Part shown: piece after piece, positions 11,401-20,518 of the stretch | How the letters are laid out: each line of letters starts with the position of its first letter | Numbering within the stretch: position 1 is the first letter of the stretch | From: Psammoneis japonica | Taxonomy: Eukaryota | Assembly (NCBI GenBank): GCA_008632985.1 | Contig: QPGO01000022.1 | Coordinates: 248,001-312,000 of the forward strand | Length of the DNA: 64,000 bases | Direction: 5' to 3' | Position numbers and translations under genes: made by a program | The notes under the pieces: model-generated | What the model saw: the letters and a program-made list of their open reading frames with translations, nothing else | Told to the model about the DNA's origin: nothing | Databases searched by the model: none

Positions 11401-13330
11401 CAGTGGGTGACAGTGGAGATGCAGTCAAAGTTGATCTGTGTGGATCAAAACTCCAAGCTGTGACCTGAGATGATGTTCTTTGAGGTTGAGGCATTGAGAT
11501 GGAATCATCTGACTTCATTTGGCTGCTTTTTTCTGGCTTCAAAGGAGAATGAGATTGGCTTTGATGGCAGTCATGTGGAGGTTCTGGTGAGGTGAGGTCA
11601 TCTGTCAGCTTGAGCAGTGGAGCATCATTGGATGGGGTCTGAGCAGTCTGGCTGAAGAGACAGAGATGTCAGCAGATCTGCAGAGTTGGCCTCAGGTGGT
11701 GACAGTGCAAAAGGCTCCACTGGGTCAACCTTGGTGTGAGACTTTTGGATTTAGTTGCATGAGAGGCCAGGGCAGGGGTCCACTGGGTCAGCCTGGGGTG
11801 ACAACTTTTGGCAGGTTCCACTGGGCACTTCCAAGGAGAGCACTGTTTGGATTCAAAAACCTTCAGATCTGCTGAGCCAGGAGGCATTTTGATGGGCTCC
11901 ACACTGGGTCATCCTGGGAGGAAGACTTTTTGAATTTGGGTGTCCTGGGATTTGTCTTTTGTGTTGAAAATGGGGAAGCAAGTCCATGGGTCACATGGGC
12001 AATCTTTGGGCAGCAGATTTGGCATCTTGGGGGTTGCCTTGGGGGCTGTCATCATCAGGATTGTTGCTGCTGAGTCTTGAAGGTCATGGCCCTGCAGCTC
12101 AATGGCTCCATGCGGGTGAGTGCACTTGCCAAGCATCTCATGCATCATCTCTCATTGCTTGAACAATTGTTTCTCTGTGCCACCTGGGCTCCTCTCACAT
12201 TGAGGTGTTCCTTGGATTGCATGAGAGATAAGGAGAAGTTGTTGGTTGTGAGGAGGGGGGGGGGAAGTCATGCAGCAAGGAGAAACTTGATCCTCTCATT
12301 GAGTCTTGGGATCTTGAGTTGTCATTGAGACAGTTAGAACTTGATCTGTTTGTCTTGATGAGGCACAATTTGGAGTGGATGGGAGGTTGCAAGGAGGAGC
12401 TTCATCTGCTTGTTTCTTTTGGGTGTGTTTCTTGTTTTCTTGTTTGGCAGGAGAGCTTGCATGTTTGCATCACTTGAAGCTGCCGCCACTGCCAAGAAAC
12501 AACATGCATCCCACTGTCCGGCATTGTCTTTGTCAGATGGGGAGGAGTTGCAACATGAGGAGATCCACCTGGTCACACCCTGCAAAACTTTCCCATGAGA
12601 TTTGGAGCATTTGAACTTGCACAAGGAGGCAATGCAACAGCCCTTTTTGATGTGGAGCTTGCTGGGAGCCAGGTGCCTTCAAATTCAGGCAAGGATTTGA
12701 TGTTTGGGTGGCATGCTTTGCTGCAGTCTTTGTCTTGTTTGAGCTTCCAGGCAGGGGCCATTTCATCATTTCACACCAACTTGCCTTGATTGGTGGCTGA
12801 GTCCTCTCCTTTGTGTTTGGCACCATGCTTGTCATCATTGTTTGGAGGTGGAGGTGGCTGGGAAGGCTGGGGTGATTTGAGCAAAGTGTTCCGAGACTGT
12901 CTTTGCTGGAGGTTGGAGAAGCTGATGAGAAAGTTGTCAACATTGCTGCAGACCTTTGCATTGGTGCATTCTTGTGGTCACAGTTGTGCACATTGATCAA
13001 TGTCTGGGAGGACTTTGGCAAGGAAGGTGGAGTCCTTTGCTTGATGTGAGATGTGGTGCTTCTTGACACGGCAAGCCCAGGAGAGAAGGTTTGGCTCCAC
13101 TGTTCAGTTTTCACCTGCAATGATGGCAAGCAGGCTTGCAAAGTTTTGGATCTGGACAGAGAGAGCATCTGCAGTGGGGGGCTCATGCAGAATCTCTCAC
13201 AACAAGTCCAAAATGCAATCTGCATTGCTGCTCAACAGGCAGTTCACAAAGAAGTTCTTCAAGCTGCTGTTTGCCAGCAACACAGCAAACAAGCTGCCAT
13301 CTTTGTGAGACCAAAACAACTCCTGTTGAG
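8480..13330 (-). mobile_element. Decayed DIRS/Ngaro-like tyrosine-recombinase retrotransposon (ORF1 with C-terminal Zn-knuckle-like region, RT, RNase H, YR)
   Basis: Minus-strand motif remnants lie in the expected order. ORF1 end WKLKQDKDCSK...CKFKCSKSH (~12600-12750). RT ICNLGNDILQRKSWDPTTL...VPFAPALDILVDIP, CTDD (=YIDD, 10645-10656), KILVEGRLEQLKTVLGWLPDT*, LVGCLNCLGHIIP. RNase H QGNSTTTSG*L..KSNF and FPGKKSAVGDCPSHD. YR LIVGTWFFA..SC..SKTKG..TKLL, TISVSFE.KKNG, NPLCPV, PVHSVVLIGR/WSSEAFL..I.KQVQQLS. Confidence 0.85.
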
Positions 13331-13399
13331 ATTTTGATGCACAATGACGATCATCACACAGCATCATCAACAATGTCTGACATTTTTGAGAAATGACTG

Positions 13400-16300
13400 T
13401 TGAATTTGCTGCAAGAAATTGAATTCACAGAATGCCATGTGTGCAGCTGAAAGAATCAGCAGTGCAACCATCTGATTGTCCACCCATGGGTGTCAACCTT
13501 CTTTCCAGAGCAAACTGTGGTGGTGGGGGGGGGGCACTTTGTGCACCCTGCATGTTTTGCTGGTGCAGGAGATGAGTTTAGATTTGACCCACATGGCAAC
13601 ACGCAACAAAATTGTTTTTGCCAAAGTGGGGGGCAGCACCTCTCACAAATCTCCGGAGAACTTGTGCTTGCAACAAATGCCAAGACGCCTTGTTGGGTCC
13701 TCTTTTTTGTTCACTTTTGCACATTCTTTCATTGCCACCAGCTCCAATGATTTTGACATTCTGAGCACTGCCAAGCACAAATTCTGCTTGGTGTGATGCC
13801 ATCAAGAGAGACTCAGATCCCTTCCAAAATCAGAAACTGGCGGGCCAGTCTTGAGGTGCCAAAGTGGACATTTTTGCATTGGCAAGATGGCAGCCAAGGC
13901 CAGGATCCAGCAGGAGGGGTTCTCTGCCAACAGCTTGCTGTCAAAGAAGACAAAATGTGGGCCACACACACTGGAAGTGTGACAACAAAATCTCAGCTGA
14001 GCACCTGGAGAGACTCTGCAACCACAGTCACAGCTTGCAATTGCACACCCAGTTTCTGGGCCAGTTCAAAAGCAGCATTCTCTGAGACAATGGCTCCTGA
14101 TGGACAGGCTGGGGTTGACAACAAACAACATGGCACAGAGGTTGGTGGCTGGCCAAACAAGAAGCTGCAGGCAGGTGTGTTGACACTGGCAGCAGCTGCA
14201 AAGATGGAAGCAACAAGACTGCAGCTGGCTCTCCACCACAATGAAAAGCACAAAGATGTGCAACACTTTCCAAGCTGCCCGGGCACAACAGAAGATGGAA
14301 GAACAAATTCCTGCTGCACAAGTGTGCCAGCTGGGTCAACAAGAAAGACACAGCATCATGATGTGTGGCACATTGCAAGTTTGCAGCCCACATTGGGCTT
14401 GCTCACTGTGTGTCTGGATGTGCTGCTGCAATGTGCCAGTGCCCAACAAGACATTTTCAAGCTCTGTCTGGCTTTCCATGCAATTGGGTCTTAGAGTGCT
14501 TTGCTGGGTGTGAAAAATGTGAAAGAGAAGCAAGCTCTGACTCCCAGCTCAAGATGAAAAAAGCCGCTGCTGAAATGCACAAGCTAGCCAGCAGTGTCGT
14601 GGCCCAGCTTGATTGTGGCTGCTCTCCACCCCAGCTTCAAGGAAGTCATTTGCTGCTTTTTTCATGAATTTGGCTGAACAGCTTGTGATTTGCATGACTT
14701 TTCCCAAATTTCACTGTGCTTCACCATGGTGAAAACATCAAGCCACAAGTCTGCAATGGAGGTGGTCCATGCATCTGCACCAACTCTCATCTTTTTTGTT
14801 TTCATTGTGTGTCAAAGGTTGCACACTTGTGAATGGACCACTTTGCTGTTTTGGAGAAATGTTGAGATTGCTGTCATTGTCATGCATCTGGTGTCATGGT
14901 GCCAGATGTTCTTGTGTTTGTGCATGTCAGGTGTGAACATGGACAATTTTTCCATTCAAAAATGAACACTGCAAACAACCTCATTCAAGTGCCATGGCAC
15001 CAATTCCAGGACAAGAGTGGGGAGATGACCTGCCTTGAATCTGCCAAGAATGCTGCCATCAAGGTTCATGTGCTTTTGGACACATGCCAAGACATGTGAA
15101 AGATCAGAAGCATGCTTGCAGTTCCTTGGAAAATCCCAGCAAAAGCTTTGTGTGCCAAGCCACTGGGGTTATCCAGCAAAGGGTGACTGTTTTCTTCAAG
15201 AGCATTCTGTGCCACTCTCAAAGTTCAGGACATGCAACAAGGGTGTCAACAGCCTGCGCCAAATGCAGCAAAGCTGCAAGAGGATGGGAGGCACCATTGC
15301 CCAAAAATGGACAGCCACACTCATCATTGCCCACATTGTTGTGCACACTTGCTCATGTTTTGGGGAGCAGCTCCTAACTCCATTGAGCAAAAGCACCTCT
15401 GCACCAATTGTGCATGCACCAAATGGCAGCAGCACACTTTTTGGGATGATGTCACACACCTCACAACCCGTGTGCAAATGTGGAGCTTGTGGCAAGCTGA
15501 GCAAGGTCAAGTGCATGCAACATTGACCAGAGTAAGTGAAAACCAACCATCCTGTGTTTGTTGTTGAAAATTGGCCAGCTTTGCAAACAAAACAGCTGAG
15601 TTTTTTGTCTTTGTGCTCAGATGGATCACCCACATCATGGTGCTCTTGTGCTTGAGCCAGAGCTCTTGCACATTGTGCAGATTTTGTGTGCTGCTGCACA
15701 AGTTGCTTGGGGAACCTGCAACATTTCAGGAACTCTGGCTCTGCAGCTTCCAACCAATGGTGCAAAAAATCCTTGCAACTGGGCATCATTTGGTGACTGA
15801 TGAAAGCCAATGTTTGAAAACAAGTCTCTCCAGTGCTTTTTGCAGAAGAAAAAAATCTGGCACCATTTGTGCACCACTGGCAGTTCTGCAAGTGGAAGCA
15901 AAGCTGCATGCAATCAATGCTGCAAATGCACCTGGAGGCTGCACATGACATCTGCTTGAAGAGGCTCCAGCAGAGAGATTTGATTCTCAAGTGCACAGAA
16001 GCACAGCCCACAGCACAGATGTGTGCTGCATTTTAGCTGACCAAAAGCCCCAAAGAGTGCCAACACCAACCAGCAACCATTGGGCATTGATCAGTTGGAT
16101 GCTGCTGCAGCCTCAGTTGCAACTCAGAATTTGACCAAAGTTGGGCATTGTGGCAACAATGAACATGGCACCCACACCAGCATGTCTGCCTGGTCTGAGT
16201 CACATCACACTGATGTCTGGATTTCCCCAAGACTCATGCAGCACTGTGATGAAAGCACTGCAAGATGTTCTTGGTCTGCACCTCTGTCACTCTGAGACTG

Positions 16301-17340
16301 TGCTGTGCCTGGCAGCAAAGGTGAGGAGCAGAAAGAATGGTGCTTGGGAGCCAGCATCACAAAGATGGCACTTAAGAGGAACTGACATCAAAAAGATTAA
16401 GACAAGCACAAAGAGCTGTTGCATCATTTGGGAGAGTCAAGGGAGCACAAAGCAGTCAAAGAATTGCTGTTGGAGGATGGAAAGGACAAAACACTCTTGC
16501 AACAAACTGGAAGTGAACGTCTCACAGATGAGTTTTTTGCCAAGTTTTTCTGAGCACATCATGGAAGTCCAAGAGAAGATCTTTTGGAAGCACTGCACCA
16601 TGTTGTCACATCTTTGAAAAAGCTCCGTGCATGACCCACGGGAAAGATTGCAGGATTGTTGATCCCATGACTCTCAGAAGGTGAGTGAGTTGGTCTTCAG
16701 CAATGGCACAGCTTGGGCTGAGTCCCACAGTGAATGGAAAAGTTGTTGCCACTAAAGCTGCTAAAAGCACTGGGGAATTGGGTCAGCAAACTTTGTTTTG
16801 TTGACACAGATTGTGCTGGAAATCTGTTGACTCAAAGGCTGCACAGCCAACATTGATTTTTGTGCAAACAGCTCCACCTGTCATTTGGCTCAACAGGAGA
16901 CAAAACCAAATGGAGTCATCTTCTGCTTTTGGAGGTAACACCTGCTTTTCACATTCCAAAGAAACTGGTTGTTGCACTCCAGTGCAGCTTGTGAGTGTTT
17001 TTTGTGGTGCTCCAGTTGAGGGTCCGTCAAAAGTGCTTTTTGTGTGAAAAAATGGAGTGGAGGAGTTGTGAAAAATGTTGGCACTCCAGGGTCTGAAACA
17101 CAACACAACTGTCTGCCATGTTGCACACAAAGCTGTTGCTCTGGGTGCTGTGAGGGTTGGAAAAGAGGATGGAGAAACAAATTTGGCAGACATGTTTTGA
17201 CCAGGTTTGTGATGCAGAACACTGGCTTTGATTTGTTGTGGTCAGGCCCTGGCACCCTTCTTGTGCCACCCACACAGTTTCACCTCCCAGGCCAATTGTG
17301 ATTGGTGGTTCATGTCTCTGGGCTCTTTGTGTTTTACTTC
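13400..17340 (+). mobile_element. Eroded TE-like coding relic of uncertain family (Crypton-like tyrosine recombinase is possible)
   Basis: Same TpA/CpG erosion and frameshifted protein-like fragments (e.g. TNQQPLGIDQLDAAAASVATQNLTKVGH...LMSGFP near 16065-16230) loosely resembling the Crypton YR C-terminus. Weak. Confidence 0.3.
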
Positions 17341-17539
17341 CACATTGGAAGACATTTCAATGATGGGCCCAGTGGATCATGGGGACCTGATGAATTCTTG
17401 CAGTCTGACCGACTTCGAAAGACACCTGTCTGTTCTTTTGGTGTCTTGTCGTGACACTCGGCTCCAGTGGGATTGTTCTTTACTCTATTGTTGGCTTTCT
17501 TCATCTTGGGACGAGGTGAGACCGGTAGAATTTGCTCGT

Positions 17540-17651
17540 ATGGTAGAGAGGCCCAATGGTGGGAGATGGCCATTGGCTTTGTGTGCTGGAAGACGCATGG
17601 TAGAGAGGCCCAATGGTGGGAGACGGTCATCGGCTTTGTGTGCTAGAAGAC
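17540..17651. repeat. 57-bp tandem duplication at the edge of the eroded block
   Basis: atggtagagaggcccaatggtgggagatggccattggctttgtgtgctggaagac versus atggtagagaggcccaatggtgggagacggtcatcggctttgtgtgctagaagac. Confidence 0.95.
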
Positions 17652-17821
17652 AAGCGCACTAGAGGTAAACCATTGAGTGCGCGTGTAGTTGGTGCCGAAA
17701 TGGTATGAGGACGGAATGAACTGTCTCTCTAGCTCTCTAGAGCCTAGACTACTGTACCCATCTGGATTGCATCAACGAAAATTATTGAATTGTTGCAGAA
17801 CACATCATCCACTAGAAGAAC

Positions 17822-19744
17822 TTAGTTCATGCCTATCACTCTAATCGAGTCCCATTCACCAAATTCAAATCCCCCAGAGTAGTTTGGATCGCTTACCAGA
17901 AGATAATTCCAGTTCCTCTTTCCCCCCTTTTGTCCAGAGGCCTTTCCTTCGTCAGAATCGTGCACCGCTCTAGAGATGGACCGCAACTTCCGAGATGCCT
18001 TCGTCTTGGCCAAACCCGGAGCGACCTTGGGCGCCGATTTTGCTGCCGATAAGGTCTTTCTTGCGTGCAAGTCAATCTCCTTCCACAGCAGCATAAATTC
18101 TGCGGTGGGAATTGTGGTTTTCTTAATCCACAAGTCGCGACAGGCAATGCTTACCGAAGTCGTGTCTTGGCCTAGATGCTTGGCCTCCCGTACTTTTTCG
18201 ATGAGATCTTTGCTGCACCGTTTAAACCATTTTTCTCTTGTCCCCGTCTTCTTTCTTGGCACAGTCGACACGTTAACTGGTTTTGCCACAGTCTCTTTCA
18301 CATGTTCTTTCCGTTGTTTCTTGGTTGTCGAACTGGATCGCTTTGTCGGGAAAGCAAGGGCATCTATGTCTGCCATGGGCTTCGTTTCAAATGCTGAATG
18401 ACTTCGTTTACGAACCCCCGCTGATTTCGAAGGTTTCAGCGGCTTTGCAAATGCCTCCTCCAATTGCAGAGCCTGTCTTGCAGTGTTGCGCTTTGTGGGA
18501 CGATTCAAAGTACTTCCTTTCCAAGACGGCGATACAATTGCAGAGGTATCTGCGGCAGCAAATGCAGCAGCTGCTTTGGAGGCTAGGAATGCTTTCTTTG
18601 ACTGGCTCTTTTTTGCCATACCTGACTCTTTCCTCATAAGACGTCGTTGATGCGCTGTGTTGAGCCGTGCCACTTTCTGGGGAGCAGCCCTACTTGTAGT
18701 AGGGGGCGGAGCAACCCTCCGGATTGCATTTCTTAGCATCCCATCGTTTGACGTTCTCCTAGCCAGCTTCCGTGGTTGCATATATTCTGACACCTCCGTT
18801 GCATGAGCTTCACAGTAAACTTCAGACACTGGATCTTTGTAAGGTACGTCTTCATCACCTGGCCGTTCTCCGGGATAGAAGTAGACATGCTTAACGTTGA
18901 ATCGCTTCCAGCGTGCACAACCGACGTGCATAGCAACGGTGCATGGCTCTGAAATCTCAGGATGACAGTTTCGAAAGTGTTCGTTGTCATCCCCTGCTGT
19001 GCACTGCATCGAAAACCGTAGGCAACCTTTCTTCCAATCTTTCTTGCCACAAATCGAACACACCAACCTTTTCTGGTTATTTTCGACCATTGCCGAAAGT
19101 GGCGTGTGCTCCCCATTAACTTTAGAGCACTCTACGAAATGATGAATCGCAACTGGATTGTCGTCGTCGTCATCATCCTCGCTTTCGACAGATTCATCCT
19201 CGGAGTATCGCCACTCGCCATCCTCATCTGCGAAGCGTCCTTTTTCATCGCAGGCGTACACAAGACTACCGTGTCGCAGCAAAGTAAACCCACAGAGAGA
19301 ATGGACCCACGCCGGTCGCCGGGGAAGTCCTTTTTTCTCATTAGCAGGAAGTGTTTGGTGCCGTCCGTCGCGACCGTGGTCATCATACAGTGGATGCATT
19401 GCATGCAAGCCGCCTGAAACCGAACAAAGTGCGCACTCCGTTGGCCTCTTGACCTGAGTCAAAGTAGAAACAACGGCATCGGAATCCTTCCCCGAGCGGA
19501 CTTGTACAGTCTTCCCGACATATTCGCATGCCATGCATTGGAAGAGAGGATCCCGTTTGTCGGTCGGTGTAAGGCCATAACACGTCTCGTGAACGCAGAC
19601 GCCACATGTCTTGCACTGCTGCATAATCTGATTCTTCCACTTGTTGGGACCCATCTCGCACAGGTCGCACTTCATAAGAGAAGAGGACTGAGCTAGTTTG
19701 CCTGAATCCCTTCGAATCATCTTTGAACCGATGGACGGCTTCAT
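17822..19744 (-). CDS. PHD finger plus extended PHD (PZP module, BRPF/JADE/AF10-like) chromatin protein, 640 aa
   Basis: CDLC...QCKTCGVCVHETCYG...FQCMAC, CALC...WVHSLC...CSICGKK...MQC...C..AMHVGCAR...YCEAH, followed by a basic low-complexity tail. Single long ORF. Confidence 0.85.
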   Translation of the reverse strand: MKPSIGSKMIRRDSGKLAQSSSLMKCDLCEMGPNKWKNQIMQQCKTCGVCVHETCYGLTPTDKRDPLFQCMACEYVGKTVQVRSGKDSDAVVSTLTQVKRPTECALCSVSGGLHAMHPLYDDHGRDGRHQTLPANEKKGLPRRPAWVHSLCGFTLLRHGSLVYACDEKGRFADEDGEWRYSEDESVESEDDDDDDNPVAIHHFVECSKVNGEHTPLSAMVENNQKRLVCSICGKKDWKKGCLRFSMQCTAGDDNEHFRNCHPEISEPCTVAMHVGCARWKRFNVKHVYFYPGERPGDEDVPYKDPVSEVYCEAHATEVSEYMQPRKLARRTSNDGMLRNAIRRVAPPPTTSRAAPQKVARLNTAHQRRLMRKESGMAKKSQSKKAFLASKAAAAFAAADTSAIVSPSWKGSTLNRPTKRNTARQALQLEEAFAKPLKPSKSAGVRKRSHSAFETKPMADIDALAFPTKRSSSTTKKQRKEHVKETVAKPVNVSTVPRKKTGTREKWFKRCSKDLIEKVREAKHLGQDTTSVSIACRDLWIKKTTIPTAEFMLLWKEIDLHARKTLSAAKSAPKVAPGLAKTKASRKLRSISRAVHDSDEGKASGQKGGKRNWNYLLVSDPNYSGGFEFGEWDSIRVIGMN

Positions 19745-20518
19745 GATCTCACAAATAAGTGGACGGTGCTTGTTAGTACAAGTACTTCATGCGCAGACAG
19801 CGGACGGAGGGAATTTCTTCAATTCGACGACTTGAAAATACACGCTTCGAATCGAGTACGAAGTAGTTGTCAACAGCGTGGTGGAGCTTTTCCGGGATAT
19901 GTTTGCCTCCGTGCTGTCAAAGGAAGTACCGGTAGAGCTATGTATGTGTCGCTCTTTTGCGTTGTGTGGTACTACTAAATAGGTAAATAGGGCCTATCGG
20001 TAGTTTTTGTTGATGCCCTCCTTCCATGCTAAAGAGGTTGTCATTATTTGTCATCAAAAACGTGGGTTCTTCTCGTTTCTTGGTTTTGACGAAAACAAAT
20101 TTCTCAAATCAAAACGCGTGGATTCTATAAAATACACGACGAATTCAATTTTTGCAGATTTCGAGTGCGATGGTGCAAAAATACTTTTCGCTGGCACACA
20201 AATTTTGAAGTGATACATCATCGGGATCATTGATCGTAACTTTTGTAAGGTTTTTCTGACTCGAGTTCTTCCGTTGCATCGAGTAGGGTTTCTCAAAATA
20301 CCTTTACTGTGTGAAGCAACATGCACAAATACAGAAAAGCCCGCCAGATCGGTATCTGTAGCATAAAATTAAAAGCTGGCGACTTTTTGGTCCTTGGCAC
20401 GGCTAGCTTGTCTAATGAGTTGTTCGATTCGTTACGCACTCCGCTGCACAGAGATGCAGATAGCTAGATACTATATTATAGAGAGAGTGAGTGGCGGCGC
20501 ACTTTAGATATTCCCAAA

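Noticed and set aside
8480..13330. Alternative genetic code or TGA readthrough in the element
   Set aside because: Frameshifts are frequent and the TGA codons sit where CGA or TGG is expected, which indicates decay.
5700..17340. Fungal-type RIP or plain CpG methylation decay as the full explanation
   Set aside because: RIP raises TpA and CpG decay leaves it unchanged, but TpA is the most depleted dinucleotide here.
5791..17651. Short direct repeats as a CRISPR array
   Set aside because: Only two adjacent copies each, no spacers, no cas genes, and a eukaryotic context.
5624..17662. Dozens of overlapping Cys/His-rich ORFs suggesting metal-binding proteins or a dense gene cluster
   Set aside because: They arise because TA loss removes TAA/TAG stops and turns Tyr into Cys/His. 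They occur in all six frames with no coherent domains.
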